A DNA stretch of 63,787 bases, counting the filler, from Collodictyon triciliatum (lineage: Eukaryota), in assembly GCA_043381765.1 (NCBI GenBank). It is 54 parts of 54 records of this genome, joined end to end, with 100 filler letters (N's around TTAATTAATTAA, not from the genome) between each part and the next. Parts side by side here need not be neighbours in the genome. Positions count along the whole stretch, not along the records: positions 13,076 to 14,162 come from JBHJMP010012359.1; positions 14,263 to 15,348 come from JBHJMP010012360.1; positions 15,449 to 16,534 come from JBHJMP010012361.1; positions 16,635 to 17,720 come from JBHJMP010012362.1; positions 17,821 to 18,906 come from JBHJMP010012363.1; positions 19,007 to 20,092 come from JBHJMP010012364.1; positions 20,193 to 21,278 come from JBHJMP010012365.1; positions 21,379 to 22,464 come from JBHJMP010012366.1; 46 more parts are not named here. One strand, written 5' to 3'. This document shows positions 13,789 to 26,225 of the stretch, piece after piece; within the stretch, counting starts at the first letter, position 1, and each line of letters begins with the position of its first letter. The notes beneath the pieces were generated by a model, which was given only the letters and a program-made list of their open reading frames with translations, was not told the origin of the DNA and made no database searches. The position numbers and the translations under genes were made by a program.

Positions 13789-14162
13789 CTACCGTGGAGA
13801 GGGTAGCACTGGAAAGAAGTCAGTGATAGCGAGTTGGTCAGGTGGGCGTCCCAACTGGTTGATTGGTTGCATGGGCAGCAGGAGTTGGATATGCTGTGGG
13901 AAATATCTTACGACACATTCCCACATCTCTCTTCGCTTGCGGTCAGAGTAGCGAAGAATGTGGGTGTGCTTTAGAGACTGTTCAAGAAGCTGTATTGCAC
14001 GAGGCTCTCAAGCCTGGCTACATTGATTTCTCGTTCGGGTGAATCATTGGGGCAAGAGAATGCACACACACTCCATAGGAACCACAGCATATGTCCCCTT
14101 GTGACTGTCCAGAGTATTCTAGAGTCGTGGGTCATTTGGTATTGTGGGCCAAACAGGATGTC
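13789..14162 (-). mobile_element. L1/Tx1-like LINE ORF2 3' end (disrupted)
   Basis: Reads DILFGPQYQMTHDSRILWTVTRGHMLWFLW...QLAITDFFPVLPSPR*. The first ~130 nt are near-identical to 19964-20090 (+). Confidence 0.75.
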
Positions 14163-14262
14163 NNNNNNNNNNNNNNNNNNNNNNNNNNNNNNNNNNNNNN
14201 NNNNNNTTAATTAATTAANNNNNNNNNNNNNNNNNNNNNNNNNNNNNNNNNNNNNNNNNNNN

Positions 14263-15050
14263 TTCTTCAGCTTTTCTAGCTTCTTCAGCTTTTCTAGCTT
14301 CTTCAGCTTTTCTAGCTTCTTCAGCTTTTCTAGCTTCTTCAGCTTTTCTAGCTTCTTCAGCTCTTCTAGCTTCTTCAGCTCTTTTGGCTTCTTCAGCTGC
14401 GGTGTCGACCTAGGGTTATGTTAGTTGTGTCCTGTGTTGTGTATGTGGGGGTTGGGGGTGGTTGTGTGCTTACGGGGTCGTAGAGCTGCAGCTTTCGGAT
14501 GTGTTGGTAGTCAGAGGATCCTGTGTTATTCCAGCAGGGGAGATTTGAGATTCCACGCGGGGCTCTCTTTATGTTTACTTTTCCTTCGTACTCAATGTAG
14601 AGTATTTTCAGATTTGTGAGCGCTGTGATCTGTGCTGGAAGCTCCTCCATCTGTGTGTATTGTTGTCAGTCACTTTTTTTTAAACATAAATAGTAATATA
14701 ATATATGAATAAAAACATACCGGATTTACCCAAACCCGAAGTTCTGTGAGACCAGTCAAACACGATATTTGTGCAGGTAGTGATGACAGCTGATTGTTAC
14801 CAAGATACAATTCTTTCAGACCAGTCAAACACGATATTTGTGCAGGTAGCGATGACAGCTTATTGTTTCCAAGATACAATACTTTCAGGCCAGTCAACAA
14901 AAAAACACCAGGCGGCACAGATGACAGATTCTTGTAAAAGAGATTCAGTTTTGTGGAGCTTTTTAGACTGGCAATATCAGGATAACCAGAGAGTATCCGG
15001 ACTTCTTCCAAAAGCGCATCCACTTGGGCAGGTGTGAGATAGTCGGACAT
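14263..15050 (-). CDS. LRR protein with (AEEARK/R)n helical stalk, family copy 1 (3' truncated)
   Basis: Exons 15050-14721, 14650-14474 and 14409-14263 with GT-AG introns. The 23-aa LRRs follow LxxLxLxxNxLSSLPAQISCLTG, then an 18-nt repeat encodes AEEARK. Confidence 0.88.
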
Positions 15051-17663
15051 CTGGACAGATTCCGGCTATGTATAAGTAGACTGGTTGGGTGTCAATACAA
15101 TACACATCATTTATTTGTCTTATGAGTGAACTTGACTATCACACAGGACAGAACTACTCGAGTCAGAACGGTAGGGTTGTGCACACGGAGATCAGAAAGT
15201 ACTTTGAGAGAGAAAAGAAATAAAGCAAGTATTTCGACAAGACGAGATTAAATATCCCGCAAAGGCCGGCGAATTTTTCCGAGAAGACGACTTGTGCAGA
15301 ACTTGTGTGCTTGTGCTTCCTTGGAAATTCACCGGTTCGGGGTTGGCCNNNNNNNNNNNNNNNNNNNNNNNNNNNNNNNNNNNNNNNNNNNNTTAATTAA
15401 TTAANNNNNNNNNNNNNNNNNNNNNNNNNNNNNNNNNNNNNNNNNNNNTTTTTCATTCTTAAGAGGTGATATCGATGGAGGATCTGATAATAAAGAGTTC
15501 ATGGGTTACGACACAGGTACATGTGGTACGGAGTACATCATAACAGAACAGAGCAGAACATAACATAACACATCATAACATAACATAACATAACATAACA
15601 TGACATGACATGACATGACATAACATAACTTAACTTAACATTTAAAAATCATCAAATCAGGCCAAAATATTTTCACAAACCCATCACAAGTGTGGTGGCT
15701 ACAACTTCTTCAAAGTCAATTAGCTTACCAGAATTTCCACTACCATGGATTGTTTTCGCAAAGTCACGGTATTTTTGATTTTCTTTAGCAACGGTTCCGT
15801 CATTAATTAAAGTTGACTTCGATTTCTTATCTGCGTCCCCAGAGAAATTTTTTAAAGCTTCTTTAGCTTTTGTCTCGTCTTTTGATGAAACTGCTTTTGA
15901 AAAGAAGTGCCTGTGAAATGCGGCATAGCTATAACAAGAAAGAATAAGCATAACTCATTGCACGACTTTCAAATGAGAAACGCTTGTATTTCCTCGCCCA
16001 TGTGATACACGCACGCAATTACTGAACCCCACAAGAGCGTGGGATTGATAGAATTATTAGTAGGCACATACGTAATTGTTCCTCTGTTGCCTTTTGAAGA
16101 GCTCATCTATAAAATAATATAATATAATATGTAAGATGAGAAAAGACAACAAATATAATCCAAGATATCAATTCAAGCCTGTCTAAGAGGCATGGCGTTA
16201 CTCCTCATGGTTCATTTATTTATAAAAAAAAAAACATTTAATGGTGTTCTTTCATAACGATTGTTTTTTCATGGCTTCAAAAGTTGGATTATGTTTTCCA
16301 AGTGGAGATACAACTAAATCACCATTAACACAAACAAGTATGGCAGAATCATATATGGAACACATGCTTTTTTCTTTAGACTTTTCAATCCTTTGAATTG
16401 AAGGATCATGACAATAGATATGAATATTAGGATGCAGAAGAAGAAGAAGAAGAAGAAGAAGAAGAAGAAGAAGAAGAAGAAGAAGAAGAAGAAGAAGAAG
16501 AAGAAGAAGAAGAAGAAGAAGAAGAAGAAGAAGANNNNNNNNNNNNNNNNNNNNNNNNNNNNNNNNNNNNNNNNNNNNTTAATTAATTAANNNNNNNNNN
16601 NNNNNNNNNNNNNNNNNNNNNNNNNNNNNNNNNNTTTGTCTTTGTCTTTGTCTTTGTCTTTGTCTTTGTCTTTGTCTTTGTCTTTGTCTTTGTCTTTGTC
16701 TTTGTCTTTGTCTTTGTCTTTGTCTTTGTCTTTGTCTTTGTCTTAGTCTTAGTCTTAGTCTTAGTCTTAGTCTTAGTCTTTTTTTTCCGCTTACTTTTTA
16801 AAAAAACAAAAGGATTCACCATATCCATCGGGTGTACAAAAGGCGAAGTGTTTTGTGGCGATGTGGGCGACCTGTCGCGCCGGTGGGTAACTCACTATCA
16901 TGGATAGTTCACCCACATTCATGCTTTGGATTCGATCTGTACATCACAACTAAGCTACATAACGGTTTATACTCGCACAATGTTGACGGTGGTAATGGCA
17001 TGTACGAAATGTAGAGAGTACGCATTTGTTGGAGGTAAGACCGGAGTGCACAGATTTTGAAGAAAGCCCATCCCATCGCCACACATATTCTTTATGTTCA
17101 TATATTGGCGTATCGCCCAAACATACCATAAATCCTTTAACCTTCTGATAGCTAAAGGGTTGAGAAAAGTTACTAATCATCGCGCAAATGCAGACATTGT
17201 GAACTCAGCTGCACATTTGATGACACTGCGACGAGGCGTTTTATGCTCGTCTGCAGTATACGAGTCATCTGAACATCGAGTAGAGTACCGAGAGCCTTTT
17301 AATGTCCGAATCAAAGGTCAGAGTGGAAGCTGATTCTAAGGAAGCTGGATGATATGATGATTCAGATATTTTTTATTGCAGAATAAAGGGATACATCGTC
17401 ATACTGACACCAATCCACTAATGATAGGACAAGACAGCGAAATCGCAGTTTACTCACCCATCGGAGCGAAAATCTTAGATGAAAGCGATATTGTTTTGGA
17501 AGGAGAGCTTTTTGTACCTGAAAATGAGGAGATGCGAGAGAGACTAATGTTCCGAGAGCAGCAGATGGGCGTTGTGAACTCATTTATACGAGACATGAGT
17601 AGTTTGGGGTATGTCATAGTTGAATGCTCGAATATTAATCGCTTCTGCCTCCGCTATTCCTTT

Positions 17664-17720
<57 letters not shown>

Positions 17721-17820
17721 NNNNNNNNNNNNNNNNNNNNNNNNNNNNNNNNNNNNNNNNNNNNTTAATTAATTAANNNNNNNNNNNNNNNNNNNNNNNN
17801 NNNNNNNNNNNNNNNNNNNN

Positions 17821-18906
17821 GGGTCTTCGACACGCAATGACAAACCTTTCGTCGACTGGACAATCAGGCACAAGCTGCAAGACCCTTGGAAGACGCTCAA
17901 TCCTCACTCTCTAGGAGCAGCCTGTAGAAGACATACAAAAAGCGGCTTCACGTGGAGCAGAATCGATCGCTTTCTCTGCACAAGGGACTCGCGTGCGTGG
18001 TTCAAGAAACTTAAAACAGTTTATTCTGCGCTGTCCGACCACAGTGCTATCCTGGCTAACATTGACTCAGCCGGTGGCTGTGAATGGCAGGCGAGGTATA
18101 TAGACTGGAGGGCAAACAATGGCTCTAAGTCGATAGAAGACATACAAAACAAGCTCAGGGCTTACTTCAACACCCCAGGTGATGCACCCATCAATACCAA
18201 TTGACTATTTTTTATCTTTAATTTTATAAAATACGTGCTCACTCTTATCTACAACATGAAAGGCACTTTACTGAATCCCCAAGAGGCTGAAGGAGCTGGA
18301 AGACATCTGCCGCAACTTCATCACTACGAATAATCAAAAATATAAAATCAAGACGCTCTCTAAGCCACCCACGGAGGGAGAGCTGGGACTCATAACGCCT
18401 GGTATTGCATGGACATCGCTCACGATGAGATGGTGGACAGATATGCTTACCCATCCGAAAGGATTTTGGCAGCGTGGAATGTGGCATCTTATCCACTGTT
18501 TATGCCCGAACTTCAAGGCACAGCTCTGTGAGAGCAGAATCCCATCACCCCCGCCAAACACGCCCGAGCCGCTACTAGCGCGGTGGAAGATTCTGTATGA
18601 AAACTGTAAAATGTACGAGTCTACCCAACTGCAGGCTGTTACGATGCCAACTTTGTTCGGATAGAGCAAAAGGCTTCTGTATCATCAAGTCGAGAGAAGG
18701 AAACAGCTCCTTCATCATGCAACAAGTCGCTTTCCAAAAGGATGGGAGCTTCGCACCGTCGAAAAATGCAACGATATTTCACTCCTCGAATGCAACCCCA
18801 ACCACAGCCGTCCTGAACAACAAAGGAGAATGGCGCTCACGACGTCCCATCTCATACGGAGCGCCGTCGCCATTTTTCTTTCGCCTGAAGAACCAAAGGC
18901 GGTCCA
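17821..18906 (+). mobile_element. Internally deleted L1/Tx1-like LINE: APE endonuclease end joined to the post-RT region
   Basis: LQDPWKTLNP...WSRIDRFL...LSDHSAI are APE motifs. From ~18240, IYNMKGTLLNP..EDICRNFITTNNQK..KPPTEGELGL matches 19600-19700. Stops and frameshifts are present. Confidence 0.8.
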
Positions 18907-19239
18907 NNNNNNNNNNNNNNNNNNNNNNNNNNNNNNNNNNNNNNNNNNNNTTAATTAATTAANNNNNNNNNNNNNNNNNNNNNNNNNNNNNNNNNNNNNN
19001 NNNNNNAGAGATATACCAAAAAAAAAAAAGAATCAATTCAGCCCATGAGCCATTCTGCAATTCAACCAGAAAGAAAACGAATAAAAACAACTGCATTCCA
19101 CCCCTTTGTATTCATCCGATTCCATCGATATCATATATATTTAACCATGTGAGATGAAGGATATTTTTTGGGTAAATCACCTTTATTTGATTCAAAGTTA
19201 CCAGAGACTACACCCTTACAAGTAACCAAGTGAACTATG

Positions 19240-20092
19240 AGTCGTAGAGTGGAGATGCAGGCAAGACACCAGCGGGAGGATAGCACCACCGGAAAGAAAT
19301 CAGTAGTGGCGAGTTTGCCTGGCCAGCGACCCGACTGGCGGATTGCCAGTGTAGGCAACTTGGGTGGTATATGAGTGGAAGATATGTTATGACACATGCT
19401 CCCATACCGTCTCGCCTGTCTTAATGTAACGTGTAAGCCACCCTCATACACACTCCAGTACCTTGGCATCATCTTCGGTCCACAATCGGATAACAAATGG
19501 ACAACCCTGGTTGAGGACATCAAGTCGAAAATATCAGTGTGGAGCAACTTTCATCTTTCGGACGTGGGGAAAGTAAGGTTGTGGAACCAAGTGATGTTGT
19601 CGACTTTTATCTACAACACGAAAGGCACTTTGCTGAATCCCCAAATGCTGAAGGCGCTGGAAGACATCTGCCGCAACTTCATCACTACGAATAATCAAAA
19701 GTAAAAAGCTGGAAGCAAGTCCGCATATCTCAGTTACTTCCGAAACACCGCAATCTATGCTCAATATCTCCAACAGAGAGCTGTGGATAAGTGCGCGTGT
19801 AGTCCATGCAGCAACGACCTCTCCAGAATGCACCATGTGCCATAGTGGAGATTACTCTATCGAACACAGGTTTACAAAGTGCTCTCTTGCTCAAAAAGTA
19901 ACAGAGTCTACCCACAAGATGCTCTCTGAGTTTGATTATGCTCCCACCCGACCCAGCGCGTCTGACATCCTGTTTGGCCCACAATACCAAATGACCCACG
20001 ACTCTAGAATACTCTGGACAGTCACAAAGATGACATATGCTGCGGTTCTTACGGAGTGTGCGTGCATTTTCTCGCTCTTATGATTCATCCGA
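19240..20092. mobile_element. L1/Tx1-like LINE copy with internal inversion: 3' end on the minus strand (~19240-19420), RT-thumb and zinc finger on the plus strand (~19430-20092)
   Basis: The plus strand encodes YLGIIFG..KWTTLVEDIKSKISVW..LSDVGKVRL and the zinc finger CTMC...EHRFTKC. The segment 19270-19410 aligns with 13793-13930. Confidence 0.78.
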
Positions 20093-20192
20093 NNNNNNNN
20101 NNNNNNNNNNNNNNNNNNNNNNNNNNNNNNNNNNNNTTAATTAATTAANNNNNNNNNNNNNNNNNNNNNNNNNNNNNNNNNNNNNNNNNNNN

Positions 20193-20258
<66 letters not shown>

Positions 20259-21028
20259 TGTTTGAAAGAGCTCGCTCCGCCTTATTCATAGGTTGGTGTA
20301 CTCACAGGTCGGTGGCAGCTGGCGCCTTGATCGTCGGTGTCTCTGTGCATACCCTGTGTTACAAAGGGATGTAGTAAAGTGACCTTTTCGCTCTCTGCGT
20401 TGGCTGCGTCGGGCTTCTCGTTTTGCGTTCGGTCAGTAGGCATTCATTGGGGCAGGGCGCTGGTCTCCTGGTAGGCGGTCTCGTCCTTCTCGGGATCGCT
20501 CTTTCCGATCGTTTTTTTTTTTTTTTTACCGGCTTCAGAATGTGGTGGGTTGGGAGAAGAAGGAAAGAAAGTCAGTGTAATGATATTATTTTCTGGGGAA
20601 TGTGTTTTTTTCCTCTCAGTATATTTGTTGTTTCTCAGCAAAGCAGACATATTCTTCTTGCTTGTTGTGTTCTGTTACATTGTTTCCCTTAGTTCTGTCT
20701 CTCTCAGCACGATCCCCACATTAATTCGTATTGTGGTATGTAGAATAGAACAACCATGTGAATTAATTATGAAATATATTTTGCTGGAAATAGTTTCAAG
20801 TATGAGTAATTTTGATATATAAATTATAGTATCCAGAAATAGAATAAAAGTACCTAATTTGTTCTGATATCCTCTTTGAATTTCTGGCAGGCTGCAGAGT
20901 TTTGTGTTGTTGACACTTCCCTTCACCTGCGGGGGGTTTTGGCTGGTATGTTTCGCTCGGGCGGATGCCGTCTCTGTTGACTCTTTTTGCTTCCTTTTAT
21001 TTGCACAACAACATTTTTTTCTTTTCTT

Positions 21029-21059
<31 letters not shown>

Positions 21060-21095
21060 TTTTTTTGTGGTTTTTTTTTTTTTTTTTTTTTACAT

Positions 21096-21135
<40 letters not shown>

Positions 21136-21378
21136 GTATGGAATGATTCGTGGGTGTTTCGCATTCAATATCACAACCAAATTTTCATTTTCATTTTCAT
21201 TTTCATTTTCATTTTCATTTTCATTTTCATTTTCATTTTCATTTTCATTTTCATTTTCATTTTCATTTTCATTTTCATNNNNNNNNNNNNNNNNNNNNNN
21301 NNNNNNNNNNNNNNNNNNNNNNTTAATTAATTAANNNNNNNNNNNNNNNNNNNNNNNNNNNNNNNNNNNNNNNNNNNN

Positions 21379-22411
21379 CAAACACGCATGATTTGATGTC
21401 TGGTTTAATTCGAATCTCGAAGCACACCTCAATACTACATGTAACTTTATTCATTTCCAAGACTAAGTGAATCTGTGAATGATTCGATTTTGCATTTAGA
21501 ACGCAAGTCTCGCAGATATGCTCCCGATAGTATTAGAATACGGAAATTCTGTATCAAGGAATTGGAGAGCAACACAAAAATTGTTATTCCAACTTACAAA
21601 TATAACAGAGTATTATTCAGGCGATGTGATATTCGAAAATTTTGTTCCTATGGGATTCAAGATATTGGATGAGGTTTGTCGATTTTCTTTCTTTTTCTAA
21701 TTGACTATGTCTTTCTATATTCCACTACATTATTGCATGATCTTTGTATTTTTAGAGTCATATGCTTGTCTTGTTGCAGTATTTTCTTGAGGATTTTTTA
21801 TTTACTTATTTACTAAAAGCGCAAATACAAATATTTGATTTAAATCTTAGGGAAGCGTACCTGTAAAAGAACCAGCAGCCCGACTATTATGTCATTTTGC
21901 TAGAAAAAACAAAAAGAGCTACCAGCGATCAAGTATATGCACCCAGTTTGTTCAAAAGTATGGTCGTCGGAAAGCCTTTCACAGTAGATTAGTGTACATG
22001 GACTTTTGTCTCGCAGCTATTGAAATGTTTAGTCGGAGGTTTTTCCGAGACATGTTTTATGATTGCGTTGTGGAATTAGGAAAAGTGTGTCATTTTAATA
22101 TCTTTTTTCTATACGTCTCTACCATTTATTATTTTCGATCTAAAAATACTGAGATATATTATAATATGGTTTACAAAATACGTTATCTTGATACATGAGG
22201 CTCATTTTGTAGTAACTCAAAATCTCCTTTTATATATATTCTTCTTCCCTCTCTCTTTTGTTCCTCTTTGGGAATTATGTTGAAAACAATGCGTCAGGAC
22301 CCTGTCTCAAATGTCAGACTTAAATTTTGCGCACTTTTGCCATACCTCCGGGGCTTACTTCGTGGCTCGACGGATGACCTGTATATTCGACGCCTAGATG
22401 ATCTTTTGGAA
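21379..22411 (+). CDS. PPP4R4: Protein phosphatase 4 regulatory subunit 4-like HEAT protein, internal exons
   Basis: The spliced product NWRATQKLL...VPVKEPAARLLCHFARKN..QR...SRL.YMDFC...EMFSRRFF...ELGK|DPVSNVRLKFCALLP follows the PPP4R4 pattern (WRTHEKLL..PVQKAASRTLC..NRLRF..FSKSFF..DPVANVRMKLC). Confidence 0.75.
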
Positions 22412-22736
22412 GTATGTTTTTCAATCGTTTTCCATGTAAAATATGCAACAAAAACTCTTAAAATNNNNNNNNNNNNNNNNNNNNNNNNNNNNNNNNNNNN
22501 NNNNNNNNTTAATTAATTAANNNNNNNNNNNNNNNNNNNNNNNNNNNNNNNNNNNNNNNNNNNNAAAAGAATAGAAAAGAATAGAAAAGAATAGAAAAGA
22601 ATAGAAAAGAATAGAAAAGAATAGAAAAGAATAGAAAAGAATAGAAAAGAATAGAAAAGAATAGAAAAGAATAGAAAAGAATAGAAAAGAATAGAAAAGA
22701 ATAGAAAAGAATAGAAAAGAATAGAAAAGAATAGAC

Positions 22737-23519
22737 CTTCTGTTCCTCCATCTATGTATGGTATGATGCTTTCCTGCATAATATCTCCGTCTTCGTCGTA
22801 TCTAATTAACCCAGCCAAGGTAGCATTCATCCAGCGACGGGCATCAATCGAGTCCAAACCGCCAATAACAAAGTTGAACTGGCGATAAAATTCCGAACCA
22901 AAATCCTGAATTTTGTTGTGATGCCTTTTTTCCCGTTTGTTAAAGAAAAACCTCAGAAAATTACAAACATATACCCGGATAGCTTCAAGTCTTAAGCACT
23001 TTTTTTAATTTTTTTTTTTATCTAAAGCGAACTAAAGCCAGCATTCCCACCACCTTGCACAAAATTGAAAGAAAGAATGAAAAAAATCTATAAATCGATA
23101 TGATATAAAATTGGATACGCAACCACATTTACACCAGGAACACGCGCATTGACAAAGCGCGCCGCAACAAGCGCTTTTGATTGCCCAACATCCGACTTTC
23201 TGGAGTGGATTTCCATGTGAAAAGTGAATATGGATGGACTTTATGAGAAAAAAATAAGTATACACCATGAATAAATGTCATAAAGAAACACACAATCAGA
23301 GTACGTAAGAATCAGCGGTAGTGTATTCACGATTTTCTATTATGTGACGAAAAACCTGAAGAGAAACTGTCGATTTAGGTTAGAGATGTCTATGGTGTCC
23401 ATATCGATAACGTGAATATGACGGAATCCAGAAAGTGCAAGATTTTTGAGAACTTCAGAGCCGAGACCACCGGCACCTATAACAAGAACTTTGCAATCGT
23501 TTTGGATGAAGCTCAAAAC
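22737..23519 (-). CDS. UBA3: NEDD8-activating enzyme E1 catalytic subunit, internal exons
   Basis: [89 protein letters not shown]. Confidence 0.92.
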
Positions 23520-23606
23520 CTATATTTTCATTTTGAGGAATTACAGGGAAGTGTAATAATGATAATAATAATAATGATAATAATAATAATGATAATAATA
23601 ATAATG

Positions 23607-23637
<31 letters not shown>

Positions 23638-23750
23638 TAATAATAATAATNNNNNNNNNNNNNNNNNNNNNNNNNNNNNNNNNNNNNNNNNNNNTTAATT
23701 AATTAANNNNNNNNNNNNNNNNNNNNNNNNNNNNNNNNNNNNNNNNNNNN

Positions 23751-24541
23751 GGGATTATGACACGGGATTATGACACGGGATTATGACACGGGATTATGAC
23801 ACGGGATTATGACACGGGATTATGACACGGGATTATGCCACAGGATTATGATACGGGATTATTACACTACGGGGTTATGATACGGGATTATGCCACGGGA
23901 TTATGCACGGGATTATGGCACGGGATTATGACACAGGATTATGCCACTACGTGATTATGCCACGGGATTATGCCACGGGATTATGTCACGGGATTATGAC
24001 ACAGGATTATGACACGGGATTATGATACGGGATTATGATACGGGATTATGCCACGGGATAATGACACTGATTATGATACGGGATTATGCCACGGGATTAT
24101 GACACGGGGTTATGACACTGGATTATGCCACGGGTTATGCTACGGGATTATGGTACTACGGGATTATGGTACTACGGGATTATGGTACTACGGGATTATG
24201 ACACGGGATTATGATACGGGATTATGATACGGGATTATGATACGGGATTATGATACGGGATTATGACACGGGATTATGACACGGGATTATGACACTGATG
24301 AGATATGACACGGGATTACGATACTGGATTATGATAAGGGATTATGCCACGGGATTATGCCACGGGATTATGCACAGGATTATACTGCAGGATTATGACA
24401 CGAGATTATGCCACGGGATTATGACACTACGAGATATGATACTGGATTATGCCACGGGATTATGATACGGGATTGTGATATGGGATTGTGATATGGGATT
24501 GTGATATGGGATTGTGATATGGGATTATGCACAGGATTATG
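23751..24541. repeat. 13-bp minisatellite (GGGATTATGACAC)n with variant units
   Basis: About 60 copies. They are perfect at the contig edge, with variants ATAC/CCAC/GTACTAC and GGGATTGTGATAT further in. Confidence 0.92.
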
Positions 24542-26122
24542 CAAGAGTTTACTATATCACTGAGTGGGATGGTTTGTGTTTGTATCATATATGATTTTCC
24601 TTTTTTTCTTTTTTTCTTTTTTCTTTTCTTCTTTTCTTCTTTTTCTTTTTTCTTTTTTTTCTTTTTTTTCTTCTTTTCTTTTTTTTCTTCTTTTCTTTTT
24701 TTTCTTCTTTTCTTTTTTTTCTTCTTTTCTTTTTTTCTTCTTTTCTTTCTTCTTTCTTTTTTTCTTTTTTTCTTTTTTTCTTTTTTTCTTTTTTTCTTTT
24801 TTTCTTTTTTTTCTTTTTTTCTTTTTTTCTTTTTTNNNNNNNNNNNNNNNNNNNNNNNNNNNNNNNNNNNNNNNNNNNNTTAATTAATTAANNNNNNNNN
24901 NNNNNNNNNNNNNNNNNNNNNNNNNNNNNNNNNNNATAAAATAAAATAAAATAAAATAAAATAAAATAAAATAAAATAAAATAAAATAAAATAAAATAAA
25001 ATAAAATAAAATAAAATAAAATAAAATAAAAAAGGAAGGAAGACTATGAAGAGGAAGAGCAGATGAGCGCGATCAAAACCCACGCTGGATTAGGACACTC
25101 CCAATCCCCAGCTCGCCCGCCCTTGGCAGTGGCCATCTTGAATCCTATGCCAAAGAAGCTATCCGGTTAGAAGCCTCGCCAAGGAGCCCTCTTCAAGTTG
25201 TGTCTGTGTGCCAAGGCCACACCTTAGATGTCTACCGCCCCAACCAAATGATGCGTTGCGCAGGCGCAAAGCTGATTGATCATCGAGAGGAAAATACAGA
25301 AATCCACAATTATGTGTACATATATGGAATTTATTTACATAAATATGTACTCCCCTCAAATATTGCCTGGTTGACCTATATTTATCAGTACTCACCGAAC
25401 ATATTACATTCACTAAAAAAATGAGCACAGCATCATCACTAACTTGTTGATGAAAACATTGCTCAAGCTCCAGCCCTCGCGTGCCATCCGTTTCCTACAT
25501 CCACACCCACCGAGCCACCTGAAAAGCTAGACGATTACATAGATTGACACACGCCGTCTCTTACGCCCTTGTACAACGAATCCTGCAGTCTTATCCTAAC
25601 GCGGAAACTAAATTTCACAATTTTCTTTCGATCAAGCGCAACACGAAAACTTTTGGCAAAAACAAAACCATAAACTCGTTAAGGAAGCCAAAGAAAAAAA
25701 GGAAAAGAAAATCCCCCAACCCCACATCGCCTGGTTTTATCGCGCCCGCCTTTGCAATAGTGTATTTGCCGAGATCAGAACCCTAAGAGCTCCTTTTAGC
25801 GTTTACTTGCAACCCACAATTCCTGGAACATGCCTTTTCTTTTCTTTTTCTTTTCTTTTTCTTTTTTTCTTTTTTTTCTTTTTTTCTTTTTTTCTTTTTT
25901 TTCTTTTTTTTCTTTTCATTTCTTTTCATTTCATTTCATTTCATTTCATTTCATTTCATTTCATTTCATTTCATTTCATTTCATTTCATTTCATTTCATT
26001 TCATTTCATTTCATTTCATTTCNNNNNNNNNNNNNNNNNNNNNNNNNNNNNNNNNNNNNNNNNNNNTTAATTAATTAANNNNNNNNNNNNNNNNNNNNNN
26101 NNNNNNNNNNNNNNNNNNNNNN

Positions 26123-26219
<97 letters not shown>

Positions 26220-26225
26220 CGGCAG

